Assembly (NCBI RefSeq): GCF_006345805.1
Contig: NC_043016.1
Span: forward strand, 14,880,001 to 14,944,000
DNA from: Octopus sinensis
Taxonomy: Eukaryota
DNA: 64,000 nucleotides
Direction: 5' to 3'
Shown: one piece after another, positions 9,885-24,129 of the stretch
Layout of the letters: each line of letters begins with the position of its first letter
How positions within the stretch are numbered: the stretch's first letter is position 1
Translations under genes and position numbers: made by a program
The notes under the pieces: model-generated
Told to the model about the DNA's origin: nothing
Database searches by the model: none
The model's input: the letters and a program-made list of their open reading frames with translations, nothing else

Positions 9885-12800
9885 TATCTATTATCTTTTA
9901 CTTGTTTCAGTCATTGGACTGTGGCCATGCTCGCGCACCACCTTGAAGGGTTTTAGTTGAACAAATCAATCCCAGTATATCTTTTATCTTTTACTTGTTT
10001 CAGTCATTGGACTGTGGCCATGCTGGGGCAGCACCTTGAATGGTTTTAGTTGAACAAATCAATCACAGTATATCTTTTATCTTTTACTTGTTTCAGTCAT
10101 TGGACTGTGGCCATGCTGGGGCACCACCTTGAAGGGTTTTACTTGAACAAATCAATCCCAGTATATCTTTTATCTTTTACTTGTTTCAGTCAGTGGACTG
10201 TGGCCATGCTGGGGCACCACCTTGAAGGGTTTTACTTGAACAAATCAATCCCAGTATATCTTTTATCTTTTACTTGTTTCAGTCAGTGGACTGTGGCCAT
10301 GCTGGGGCACCACCTTGAAGGGTTTTAGTTGAACAAATCAATCCCAGTATATCTTTTATCTTTTACTTGTTTCAGTCAGTGGACTGTGGCCATGCTGGGG
10401 CACCACCTTGAAGGGTTTTACTTGAACAAATCAATCCCAGTATATCTTTTATCTTTTACTTGTTTCAGTCATTGGACTGTGGCCATGCTGGGGGCACCAC
10501 CTTGAAGGGTTTTACTTGAACAAATCAATCCCAGTATATCTTTTATCTTTTACTTGTTTCAGTCAGTGGACTGTGGCCATGCTGGGGCACCACCTTGAAG
10601 GGTTTTACTTGAACAAATCAATCCCAGTATATCTTTTATCTTTTACTTGTTTCAGTCATTGGACTGTGGCCATGCTGGGGCACCACCTTGAAGGGTTTTA
10701 GTTGAACAAATCAATCCCAGTATATCTTTTATCTTTTACTTGTTTCAGTCATTGGTCTGTGGCCATGCTGGGGCACCACCTTGAAGGGTTTTAGTTGAAC
10801 AAATCAATCCCAGTATATCTTTTATCTTTTACTTGTTTCAGTCATTAGACTGTGGCCATGCTGGGGCACCACCTTGAAGGGTTTTAGTTGAACAAATCAA
10901 TCCCAGTATATCTTTTATCTTTTGCTTGTTTCAGTCATTGGACTGTGGCCATGCTGGGGCACCACCTTGAAGGGTTTTACTTGAACAAATCAATCCCAGT
11001 ATATCTTTTATCTTTTACTTGTTTCAGTCATGGACTGTGGCCATGCTGGGCACCACCTTGAAGGGTTTTAGTTGAACAAATCAATCCCAGTATATCTTTT
11101 ATCTTTTACTTGTTTCAGTCAGTGGACTGTGGCCATGCTGGGGCACCACCTTGAAGGGTTTTAGTTGAACAAATCAATCCCAGTATATCTTTTATCTTTT
11201 TTTACTTGTTTCAGTCATTGGACTGTGGCCATGCTGGGGCACCACCTTGAAGGGTTTTAGTTGAACAAATCAATCCCAGTATATCTTTTATCTTTTACTT
11301 TTTCAGTCATTGGACTGTGGCCATGCTGGGGCACGACCTTGAAGGGTTTTAGTTGAACAAATCAATCCCAGTATATCTTTTATCTTTTACTTGTTTCAGT
11401 CATTGGACTGTGGCCATGCTGGGGCACCACCTTGAAGGGTTTTAGTTGAACAAATCAATCCCAGTATATCTTTTATCTTTTACTTGTTTCAGTCAGTGGA
11501 CTGTGGCCATGCTGGGGCACCACCTTGAAGGGTTTTAGTTGAACAAATCAATCCCAGTATATCTTTTATCTTTTACTTGTTTCAGTCATTGGACTGTGGC
11601 CATGCTGGGGCACCACCTTGAAGGGTTTTAGTTGAACAAATCAATCCCAGTATATCTTTTATCTTTTACTTGTTTCAGTCAGTGGACTGTGGCCATGCTG
11701 GGGCACGACCTTGAAGGGTTTTAGTTGAACAAATCAATCCCAGTATATCTTTTATCTTTTACTTGTTTCAGTCATTGGACTGTGGCCATGCTGGGGCACC
11801 ACCTTGAAGGGTTTTAGTTGAACAAATCAATCCCAGTATATCTTTTATCTTTTAGTTGTTTCAGTCATTGGACTGTGGCCATGCTGGGGCACCACCTTGA
11901 AGGGTTTTAGTTGAACAAATCAATCCCAGTATATCTTTTATCTTTTATTTGTTTCAGTCATTGGACTGTGGCCATGCTGGGGCACCACCTTGAAGGGTTT
12001 TAGTTGAACAAATCAATCCCAGTATATCTTTTATCTTTTACTTGTTTCACTCATTGGACTGTGGCCATGCTGGGGCACCACCTTGAAGGGTTTTAGTTGA
12101 ACAAATCAATCCCAGTATATCTTTTATCTTTTAGTTGTTTCAGTCAGTGGACTGTGGCCATGCTGGGGCACCACCTTGAAGGGTTTTAGTTGAACAAATC
12201 AATCCCAGTATATCTTTTATCTTTTAGTTGTTTCAGTCATTGGACTGTGGCCATGCTGGGGCACCAACTTGAAGGGTTTTAGTTGAACAAATCAATCCCA
12301 GTATATCTTTTATCTTTTAGTTGTTTCAGTCATTGGACTGTGGCCATGCTGGGGCACCACCTTGAAGGGTTTTAGTTGAACAAATCAATCCCAGTATATC
12401 TTTTATCTTTTAGTTGTTTCAGTCAGTGGACTGTGGCCATGCTGGGGGCACCACCTTGAAGGGTTTTAGTTGAACAAATCAATCCCAGTATATCTTTTAT
12501 CTTTTATTTGTTTCAGTCATTGGACTGTGGCCATGCTGGGGCACCACCTTGAAGGGTTTTAGTTGAACAAATCAATCCCAGTATATCTTTTATCTTTTAG
12601 TTGTTTCAGTCAGTGGACTGTGGCCATGCTGGGGCACCACCTTGAAGGGTTTTAGTTGAACAAATCAATCCCAGTATATCTTTTATCTTTTACTTGTTTC
12701 AGTCATTGGACTGTGGCCATGCTGGGGCACCACCTTGAAGGGTTTTAGTTGAACAAATCAATCCCAGTATATCTTTTATCTTTTAGTTGTTTCAGTCAGT

Positions 12801-15800
12801 GGACTGTGGCCATGCTGGGGCACCACCTTGAAGGGTTTTAGTTGAACAAATCAATCCCAGTATATCTTTTATCTTTTACTTGTTTCAGTCATTGGACTGT
12901 GGCCATGCTGGGGCACCACCTTGAAGGGTTTTAGTTGAACAAATCAATCCCAGTATATCTTTTATCTTTACTTGTTTCAGTCATTGGACTGCGGCCATGC
13001 TGGGGCACCACCTTGAAGGGTTTTACTTGAACAAATCAATCCCAGTATATCTTTTATCTTTTAGTTGTTTCAGTCAGTGGACTGTGGCCATGCTGGGGCA
13101 CCACCTGAAGGGTTTAGTTGAACAAATCAATCCCAGTATATCTTTTATCTTTTTCTTTTTTCACTCATTGGACTGTGGCCATGCTGGGGCACCACCTTGA
13201 AGGGTTTTACTTGAACAAATCAATCCCAGTATATCTTTTATCTTTTACTTGTTTCACTCATTGGACTGTGGCCATGCTGGGGCACCACCTTGAAGGGTTT
13301 TAGTTGAACAAATCAATCCCAGTATATCTTTTATCTTTTACTTGTTTCAGTCAGTGGACTGTGGCCATGCTGGAGCACCACCTTGAAGGGTTTTAGTTGA
13401 ACAAATCAATCCCAGTATATCTTTTATCTTTTACTTGTTTCACTCATTGGACTGTGGCCATGCTGGGGCACCACCTTGAAGGGTTTTAGTTGAACAAATC
13501 AATCCCAGTATATCTTTTATCTTTTACTTGTTTCAGTCAGTGGACTGTGGCCATGCTGGGGCACCACCTTGAAGGGTTTTAGTTGAACAAATCAATCCCA
13601 GTATATCTTTTATCATTTACTTGTTTCAGTCATGGACTGTGGCCATGCTGGGGCACCACCTTGAAGGGTTTTAGTTGAACAAATCAATCCCAGTATATCT
13701 TTTATATCTTTACTTGTTTCAGTCATTGGACTGTGGCATGCTGGGGCACCACCTTGAAGGGTTTTAGTTGAACAAATCAACCCAGTATATCTTTTATCAT
13801 TTACTTGTTTCAGTCATTGGACTGTGGCCATGCTGGGGCACCACCTTGAAGGGTTTTACTTCAACAAATCAATCCCAGTATATCTTTTATCTTTTACTTG
13901 TTTCAGTCATTGCAATCTGGCCATGCTGGGGCACCACCTTGAAGGGTTTTAGTTGAACAAATCAATCCCAGTATATCTTTTATCTTTTACTTGTTTCAGT
14001 CATTGGACTGTGGCCATGCTGGGGCACCACCTTGAAGGGTTTTAGTTGAACAAATCAATCCCAGTATATCTTTTATCTTTTACTTGTTTCAGTCAGTGGA
14101 CTGTGGCCATGCTGGGGCACCACCTTGAAGGGTTTTACTTGAACAAATCAATCCCAGTATATCTTTTATCTTTACTTGTTTCAGTCATTGGACTGTGGCC
14201 ATGCTGGGGCACCACCTTGAAGGGTTTTTACTGAACAAATCAATCCCAGTATATCTTTTATCTTTTACTTGTTTCAGTCATTTGACTATGGCCATGCTGG
14301 GGCACCACCTTGAAGGGTTTTAGTTGAACAAATCAATCCCAGTATATCTATTATCTTTTACTTGTTTCAGTCATTGTAATCTGGCCATGCTGGGGCACCA
14401 CCTTGAAGGGTTTTAGTTGAACAAATCAATCCCAGTATATCTATTATCTTTTACTTGTTTCAGTCATTGCAATCTGGCCATGCTGGGGCACCACCTTGAA
14501 GGGTTTTAGTTGAACAAATCAATCCCAGTATATCTATTATCTTTTACTTGTTTCAGTCATTGCAATCTGGCCATGCTGGGGCACCACCTTGAAGGGTTTT
14601 AGTTGAACAAATCAATCCCAGTATATCTATTATCTTTTACTTGTTTCAGTCATTGCAATCTGGCCATGCTGGGGCACCACCTTGAAGGGTTTTAGTTGAA
14701 CAAATCAATCCCAGTATATCTTTTATCTTTTACTTGTTTCAGTCATTGGTCTGTGGCCATGCTGGGGCACCACCTTGAAGGGTTTTAGTTGAACAAATCA
14801 ATCCCAGTATATCTTTTATCTTTTACTTGTTTTAGTCATTGGACTGTGGCCATGCTGGGGCAGCACCTTGAATGGTTTTAGTTGAACAAATCAATCCCAG
14901 TATATCTTTTATCTTTTACTTGTTTCAGTCAGTGGACTGTGGCCATGCTGGGGCACCACCTTGAAGGGTTTTACTTGAACAAATCAATCCCAGTATATCT
15001 TTTATCTTTTACTTGTTTCAGTCATTGGACTGTGGCCATGCTGGGGCACCACCTTGAAGGGTTTTAGTTGAACAAATCAATCCCAGTATATCTTTTATCT
15101 TTTACTTTGTTCACAGTCATTGGACTGTGGCCATGCTGGGGCACCACCTTGAAGGGTTTTTGTTGAACAAATCAATCCAGTATATCTTTTATCTTTTACT
15201 TGTTTCAGTCATTGGTCTGTGGCCATGCTGGGCACACCTTGAAGGGTTTTAGTTGAACAAATCAATCCCAGTATATCTTTTATCTTTTACTTGTTTTAGT
15301 CATTGGACTGTGGCCATGCTGGGGCAGCACCTTGAATGTTTTAGTTGAACAAATCATCCAGTATATCTTTTATCTTTTACTTGTTTCAGTCAGTGGACTG
15401 TGGCCATGCTGGGGCACCACCTTGAAGGGTTTTACTTGAACAAATCAATCCCAGTATATCTTTTATCTTTTATTTGTTTCAGTCATTGGACTGGGGCCAT
15501 GCTGGGGCACCACCTTGAAGGGTTTTACTTCAACAACATCAATCCCAGTATATCTTTTATCTTTTACTTGTTTCAGTCATTGGACTGTGGCCATGCTGGG
15601 GCACCACCTTGAAGGGTTTTACTTGAACAAATCAATCCTAGTATATCTTTTATCTTTTACTTGTTTCAGTCATTGGACTGTGGCCATGCTGGGGCACCAC
15701 CTTGAAGGGTTTTACTTGAACAAATCAATCCTAGTATATCTTTTATCTTTTACTTGTTTCAGTCAGTGGACTGTGGCCATGCTGGGGCACCACCTTGAAG

Positions 15801-18800
15801 GGTTTTACTTGAACAAATCAATCCCAGTATATCTTTTATCTTTTACTTGTTTCAGTCAGTGGACTGTGGCCATGCTGGGACACAACCTTGAAGGGTTTTA
15901 CTTGAACAAATCAATCCCAGTATATCTTTTATCTTTTACTTGTTTCAGTCATTGGACTGGCCATGCTGGGGCACCACCTTGAAGGGTTTTAGTTGAACAA
16001 ATCATCCCAGTATATCTTTTATCTTTTACTTGTTTCAGTCATTGGACTGTGGCCATGCTGGGGCACCACCTTGAAGGGTTTAGTGAACAAATCAATCCCA
16101 GTATATCTTTTATCTTTTACTTGTTTCAGTCTTGGACTGTGGCCATGCTGGGGCACCACCTTGAAGGGTTTTAGTTGAACAAATCAATCCCAGTATATCT
16201 TTTATCTTTACTTGTTTCAGTCATTGGACTGTGGCCATGCTGGGGCACCACCTTGAAGGTTTTAGTTGAACAAATCAATCCCAGTATATCTTTTATCTTT
16301 TACTTGTTTCAGTCAGTGGACTGTGGCCATGCTGGGGCACCACCTTGAAGGGTTTTAGTTGAACAAATCAATCCCAGTATATCTTTTATCTTTTACTTGT
16401 TTCAGTCAGTGGACTGTGGCCATGCTGGGGCACCACCTTGAAGGGTTTTACTTGAACAAATCAATCCCAGTATATCTTTTATCTTTTACTTGTTTCAGTT
16501 ATTGGTCTGTGGCCATGCTGGGGCACCACCTTGAAGGGTTTTAGTTGAGCAAATCAATCCCAGTATATCTTTTATCTTTTACTTGTTTCAGTCAGTGGAC
16601 TGTGGCCATGCTGGGGCACCACCTTGAAGGGTTTTACTTGAACAAATCAATCCCAGTATATCTTTTATCTTTTACTTGTTTCAGTCAGTGGACTGTGGCC
16701 ATGCTGGGGCACCACCTTGAAGGGTTTTACTTGAACAAATCAATCCCAGTATATCTTTTATCTTTTACTTGTTTCAGTCAGTGGACTGTGGCCATGCTGG
16801 GGCACCACTTGAAGGGTTTTAGTTGAACAAATCAATCCCAGTATATCTTTTATCTTTTACTTGTTTCAGTCAGTGGACTGTGGCCATGCTGGGACCACCT
16901 TGAAGGGTTTTACTTGAACAAATCAATCCCAGTATATCTTTTATCTTTTACTTGTTTCAGTCAGTGGACTGTGGCCATGCTGGGGCACCACCTTGAAGGG
17001 TTTTAGTTGAACAAATCAATCCCAGTATATCTTTTATCTCTTACTTGTTTCAGTCATTGGACTGTGGCCATGCTGGGGCACCACCTTGAAGGGTTTTAGT
17101 TGAACAAATCAATCCCAGTATATCTTTTATCTTTTACTTGTTTCTCATTGGACTGTGGCCATGCTGGGGCACCACCTTGAAGGGTTTTAGTTGAACAAAT
17201 CAATCCCAGTATATCTTTTATCTTTTACTTGTTTCAGTCATTGGACTGTGGCCATGCTGGGGCACCACCTTGAAGGGTTTTACTTGAACAAATCAATCCC
17301 AGTATATCTTTTATCTTTTACTTGTTTCAGTCAGTGGACTGTGCCATGCTGGGGCACCACCTTGAAGGGTTTTAAGTTGAACAAATCAATCCCAGTATAT
17401 CTTTTATCTTTTACTTGTTTCAGCCAGTGGACTGTGGCCATGCTGGGGCACCACCTTGAAGGGTTTTACTTGAACAAATCAATCCCAGTATATCTTTTAT
17501 CTTTTACTTGTTTCAGTCAGTGGACTGTGGCCATGCTGGGACCACCTTGAAGGGTTTTAGTTGAACAAATCAATCCCAGTATATCTTTTATCTTTTACTT
17601 GTTTCAGCAGCCAGTGGACTGTGTCCATGCTGGGGCACCACCTTGAAGGGTTTTACTTGAACAAATCAATCCCAGTATATCTTTTATCTTTTACTTGTTT
17701 CAGTCAGTGGACTGTGGCCATGCTGGGACACACAACCTTGAAGGGTTTTAGTTGAACAAATCAATCCCAGTATATCTTTTATCTTTACTTGTTTCAGTCA
17801 GTGGACTGTGGCCATGCTGGGGCACCACCTTGAAGGGTTTTAGTTGAACAAATCAATCCCAGTATATCTTTTATCTTTTACTTGTTTCAGTCATTGGACT
17901 GTGGCCATGCTGGGGCACCACCTTGAAGGGTTTTACTTGAACAATCAATCCCAGTATATCTTTTATCTTTTATTTGTTTCATCAGTCATTGGACTGTGGC
18001 CATGCTGGGGCACCACCTTGAAGGGTTTTAGTTGAACAAATCAATCCCAGTATATCTTTTATCTTTTACTTGTTTCAGTCAGTGGACTGTGGCCATGCTG
18101 GGACACAACCTTGAAGGGTTTTAGTTGAACAAATCAATCCCAGTATATCTTTTATCTTTTACTTGTTTCAGCCAGTGGACTGTGTCCATGCTGGGGCACC
18201 ACTTGAAGGGTTTTAGTTGAACAAATCATCCCAAGTATATCTTTTATCTTTTACTTGTTTCAGTCATTGGACTGTGGCCATGCTGTGGGGCCACCATTGA
18301 AAGGGTTTTACTTGAACAAATCATCCCAGTATATCTTTTATCTTTTTTGTTTCAGTCATTGGACTGTGGCCATGCTGGGGCACCACCTTGAAGGGTTTTA
18401 GTTGAACAAATCAATCCCAGTATATCTTTTATCTTCTACTTGTTTCAGTCATTGGACTGTGGCATGCGGGGGCACCACCTTGAAGGGTTTTAGTTGAACA
18501 AATCAATCCCAGTATATCTTTTATCTTTTATTTGTTTCAGTCATTGGACTGTGTGGCCATGCTGGGGCACCACCTTGAAGGGTTTTAACTTGAACATCAA
18601 TCCCAGGATATCTTTTATCTTTTACTGTTTCAGTCATTGGACTGTGGCCATGCTGGGGCACCACCTTGAAGGTTTTACTTGAACAAATCAATCCCAGTAT
18701 ATCTTTTATCTTTTACTTGTTTCAGTCAGTGGACTGTGGCCATGCTGGGGCACCACCTTGAAGGGTTTTACTTGAACAAATCAATCCCAGTAATATCTTT

Positions 18801-21800
18801 TATCTTTTACTTGTTTCAGTCAGTGGGCTGTGGCCATGCTGGGGCACCACCTTGAAGGGTTTTACTTCAAAATCAATCCCGTATATCTTTTATCTTCTAC
18901 TTGTTTCAGCATTGGACTGTGGCCATGCTGGGGCACCACCTTGAAGGGTTTTAGTTGAACAAATCAATCCCAGTATATCTTTTATCTTTTACTTGTTTCA
19001 GTCAGTGGACTGTGGCCATGCTGGGGCACCACCTTGAAGGGTTTTAGTTGAACAAATCAATCCCAGTATATCTTTTATCTTTTATTTGTTTCAGTCATTG
19101 GACTGTGGCCATGCTGGGGCACCACCTTGAAGGGTTTTACTTGAACAAATCAATCCCAGTATATCTTTTATCTTTTACTTGTTTCAGTCATTGGACTGTG
19201 GCCATGCTGGGGCACCACCTTGAAGGGTTTTACTTGAACAAATCAATCCCAGTATATCTTTTATCTTTTACTTGTTTCAGTCATTGGACTGTGGCCATGC
19301 TGGGGCACCACCTTGAAGGGTTTTACTTGAACAAATCAATCCCAGTATATTTTTTATCTTTTACTTGTTTCAGTCATTGGACTGTGGCCATGCTGGGGCA
19401 CCACCTTGAAGGTTTTAGTGAACAAATCAATCCCAGTATATCTTTTATCTTTTACTTGTTTCAGTCATTGGACTGTGGCTATGCTGGGGCACCACCTTGA
19501 AGGGTTTTACTCAACAAATCAATCCCAGTATATCTTTTATCTTTTACTTGTTTCAGTCATTGGACTGTGGCCATGCTGGGGCACCACCTTGAAGGGTTTT
19601 ACTTGAACAAATCAATCCCAGTATATCTTTTATCTTTTACTTGTTTCAGTCATTGGACTGTGGCCATGCTGGGGCACCACCTTGAAGGGTTTTACTTGAA
19701 CAAATCAATCCCAGTATATTTTCATCTTTTACTTGTTTCAGTCAGTCATTGGACTGTGGCCATGCTGGGGCACCACCTTGAAGGTTTTACTTGAACAAAT
19801 CAATCCCATAGTATATCTTTTATCTTTTACTTGTTTCAGTCATTGGACTGTGGCTATGCTGGGGCACCACCTTGAAGGGTTTTACTTCAACAAATCAATC
19901 CCAGTATATCTTTTATCTTTTACTTGTTTCAGTCATTGGACTGTGGCCATGCTGGGGCACCACCTTGAAGGGTTTTACTTGAACAAATCAATCCCAGTAT
20001 ATTTTTTATCTTTTACTTGTTTCAGTCATTGGACTGTGGCCATGCTGGGGCACCACCTTGAAGGGTTTTAGTTGAACAAATCAATCCCAGTATATCTTTT
20101 ATCTTTTACTTGTTTCAGTCATTGGACTGTGGCCATGCTGGGGCACCACCTTGAAGGGTTTTAGTTGAACAAATCAATCCCAGTATATCTTTTATCTTTT
20201 ACTTGTTTCAGTCAGTGGACTGTGGCCATGCTGGGGCACCACCTTGAAGGGTTTTACTTGAACAAATCAATCCCAGTATATCTTTTATCTCTTTACTTGT
20301 TTCAGTCAGTGGACTGTGGCCATGCTGGGGCACCACCTTGAAGGGTTTTACTTGAACAAATCAATCCCAGTATATCTTTTATCTTTTACTTGTTTCAGTC
20401 ATTGGACTGTGGCCATGCTGGGGCACCACCTTGAAGGGTTTTACTTGAACAAATCAATCCCAGTATATCTTTTATCTTCTACTTGTTTCAGTCATTGGAC
20501 TGTGGCCATGCTGGGGCACCACCTTGAAGGGTTTTAGTTGAACAAATCAATCCCAGTATATCTTTTATCTTTTACTTGTTTCAGTCAGTCATGGACTGTG
20601 GCCATGCTGGGGCACCACCTTGAAGGGTTTTACTTGAACAAATCAATCCCAGTATATCTTTTATCTTTTACTTGTTTCAGTCATTGGACTGTGGCCATGC
20701 TGGGGCACCACCTTGAAGGGTTTTACTTGAACAATCAATCCCAGTATATCTTTTATCTTTTACTTGTTTCAGTCATTGGACTGTGGCCATGCTGGGGCAC
20801 CACCTTGAAGGGTTTTAGTTGAACAAATCAATCCCATATCTTTTATCTTTTACTTGTTTCAGTCATTGGACTGTGCCATGCTGGGGCACCACCTGAAGGG
20901 TTTTAGTTGAACAAATCAATCCCAGTATATCTTTTATCTTCTTTTACTTGTTTCAGTCATTGGACTGTGGCCATGCTGGGGCACCACCTTGAAGGGTTTT
21001 ACTTGAACAAATCAATCCCAGTATATTTTTTATCTTTTACTTGTTTCAGTCATTGGACTGTGGCCATGCTGGGGCACCACCTTGAAGGGTTTTACTTGAA
21101 CAAATCAATCCCAGTATATCTTTATCTTTTACTTGTTTCAGTCATTGCATCTGGCCATGCTGGGGCACCACCTTGAAGGGTTTTAGTTGAACAAATCAAT
21201 CCCAGTATATCTTTTATCTTTTACTTGTTTCAGTCATTGGACTGTGGCCATGCGGGGCACCACCTTGAAGGGTTTTAGTTGAACAAATCAATCCCAGTAT
21301 ATCTATTATCTTTTACTTGTTTCAGTCATTGGACTGTGGCCATGCTGGGGCACCACCTTGAAGGGTTTTAGTTGAACAAATCAATCCCAGTATATCTTTT
21401 ATCTTTTACTTGTTTCAGTCAGTGGACTGTGGCCATGCTGGGGCACCACCTTGAAGGGTTTTACTTGAACAAATCAATCCCAGTATATCTTTTATCTTTT
21501 ACTTGTTTCAGTCAGTGGACTGTGGCCATGCTGGGGCACCACCTTGAAGGGTTTTACTTCAACAAATCAATCCCAGTATATCTTTTATCTTGTACTTGTT
21601 TCAGTCAGTGGACTGTGGGCATGCTGGGGCACCACCTTGAAGGGTTTTAGTTGAACAAATCAATCCCAGTATATCTTTTATCTTTTACTTGTTTCAGTCA
21701 GTGGACTGTGGCCATGCTGGGGCACCACCTTGAAGGGTTTTAGTTGAACAAATCAATCCCAGTATATCTTTTATCTTTTACTTGTTTCAGTCAGTGGACT

Positions 21801-23287
21801 GTGGCCATGCTGGGGCACCACCTTGAAGGGTTTTACTTGAACAAATCAATCCCAGTATATCTATTATCTTTTACTTGTTTCAGTCATTGGACTGTGGCCA
21901 TGCTGGGGCACCACCTTGAAGGGTTTTAGTTGAACAAATCAATCCCAGTATATCTATTATCTTTTACTTGTTTCAGTCATTGGACTGTGGCCATGCTGGG
22001 GCACCACCTTGAAGGGTTTTAGTTGAACAAATCAATCCCAGTATATCTTTTATCTTTTACTTGTTTCAGTCAGTGGACTGTGGCCATGCTGGGGCACCAC
22101 CTTGAAGGGTTTTAGTTGAACAAATCAATCCCAGTATATCTTTTATCTTTTACTTGTTTCAGTCATTGGACTGTGGCCATGCTGGGGCACCACCTTGAAG
22201 GGTTTTAGTTGAACAAATCAATCCCAGTATATCTTTTATCTTTTACTTGTTTCAGTCAGTGGACTGTGGCCATGCTGGGGCACCACCTTGAAGGGTTTTA
22301 GTTGAACAAATCAATCCCAGTATATCTTTTATCTTTTACTTGTTTCAGTCAGTGGACTGTGGCCATGCTGGGGCACCACCTTGAAGGGTTTTACTGGAAC
22401 AAATCAATCCCAGTATATCTTTTATCTTTTACTTGTTTCAGTCATGGACTGTGGCCATGCTGGGGCACCACCTTGAAGGGTTTTACTTGAACAAATCAAT
22501 CCCAGTATATCTTTTATCTTTACTTGTTTCAGTCAGTGGACTGTGGCCATGCTGGGGCACACCTTGAAGGGTTTTAGTTGAACAAATCAATCCCAGTATA
22601 TCTTTTATCTTTTACTTGTTTCAGTCATTGGACTGTGGCCATGCTGGGGCACCACCTTGAAGGGTTTTAGTTGAACAAATCAATCCCAGTATATCTTTTA
22701 TCTTTTACTTGTTTCAGTCATTGCAATCTGTCCATGCTGGGGCACCACCTTGAAGGATTTTAGTTGAACAAATCAATCCCAGTATATCTATTATCTTTTA
22801 CTTGTTTCAGTCATTGGACTGTGGCCATGCTGGGGCACCACCTTGAAGGGTTTTAGTTGAACAAATCAATCCCAGTATATCTTTTATCTTTTACTTGTTT
22901 CAGTCAGTGGACTGTGGCCATGCTGGGGCACCACCTTGAAGGGTTTTACTTCAACAAATCAATCCCAGTATATCTTTTCTCTTGTACTTGTTTCAGTCAG
23001 TGGACTGTGGCCATGCTGGGGCACCACCTTGAAGGGTTTTAGTTGAACAAATCAATCCCAGTATATCTTTTATCTTTTACTTGTTTCAGTCAGTGGACTG
23101 TGGCCATGCTGGGGCACCACCTTGAAGGGTTTTAGTTGAACAAATCAATCCCAGTATATCTTTTATCTTTTACTTGTTTCAGTCAGTGGACTGTGGCCAT
23201 GCTGGGGCACCACCTTGATGGGTTTTAGTTGAACAAATCAATCCCAGTATATCTTTTAGCTTTTACTTGTTTCAGTCAGTGGACTGT
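9885..23287. repeat. 13.4-kb tandem satellite, 93-bp unit, ~144 copies, derived from a SINE 3' end
   Basis: Unit tcttttacttgtttcagtca(t/g)tggactgtggccatgctggggcaccaccttgaagggtttta(g/c)ttgaacaaatcaatcccagtatatctttta, period 93 (9901 to 9994). It is homologous to the reverse complement of SINE tails at ~5700-5775 and ~49640-49715 and to 60110-60210. Confidence 0.97.
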
Positions 23288-23480
23288 TGTATGACTGAGG
23301 AGATGTTTGAAGGAAATTTTTCATTGAGTAACATAAGAAACAGTATTGAGTAACTTTGTCACTAACATGTGACATAGGTATAACTGAACATATACGCACA
23401 ACACAATTCTGTATTTCTGAAATGAGGAATTTTATATATTTTATTCAACTCAAAGTGATGTCCTCATCTGGATTGTTGTC

Positions 23481-23527
23481 TTCATTGCATTTCAGTTGTT
23501 GTTCGTTCCAGAGCTTCTTCAGGTGTC
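23481..23527 (-). ncRNA. Highly degenerate hammerhead motif of the same family; + strand partner remnant at ~23712-23760
   Basis: gacacCTGAAGAagctctggaacgaacaacaactGAAAtgcaatg; flanks 23390-23530 are homologous to 25070-25200. Confidence 0.4.
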
Positions 23528-24129
23528 TTGTAATTCACCTCAGGGATTTGATTGGGATTGAACCAACATCAATGGAGGTTTATAAGCCTCAAAATTTCGC
23601 TCTGATACAGGTGAAAGGCATAGCATAGTGGACAAAAGTGCTGGTTAATGCAGCACAATCACCTAGAGGTTCTGAGATCAATCCCAGGCAAGGCATTAAG
23701 GTGAATCACAAAACACCTGAAGATGGCTGGAGAGTACACAACTAAAGTATAGTAAAAGCAACAGCTGACACAAGGGCATGAGTCCAACTAATACATAATA
23801 AATACACTCAACATCTGAGAAGTGTGTTACTGAGTAACTTCTGGTAAATAAAAATAATATAGCTAGATGCATTAATGTGTATAAAGACATACATACATAC
23901 ATACATACATACATACATACATACATACATACATACACACATATGTACATACATACATACATACAAACATACTTATTTACGTACATACATACAGACATAC
24001 GTATGTGCATATACACACACATATACACATACATGCATGCATGCATACATATATACATATATACATGCAGACACACACCACATCTGATGCTTCTTATGTC
24101 CAACTTTTAACTCAAGATGCTTACATTTT

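Noticed and set aside
10050-23042. Dozens of ORFs repeating MLGHHLEGFYLNKSIPVYLLSFTCFS(H/Q)WTVA
   Set aside because: By-product of a 93-bp (31-codon) unit; the TAG/TAC polymorphism and indels break the frame randomly, and the unit is SINE-derived
9885-23287. CRISPR-like array
   Set aside because: Eukaryotic DNA, no unique spacers, no cas genes; it is a plain tandem repeat
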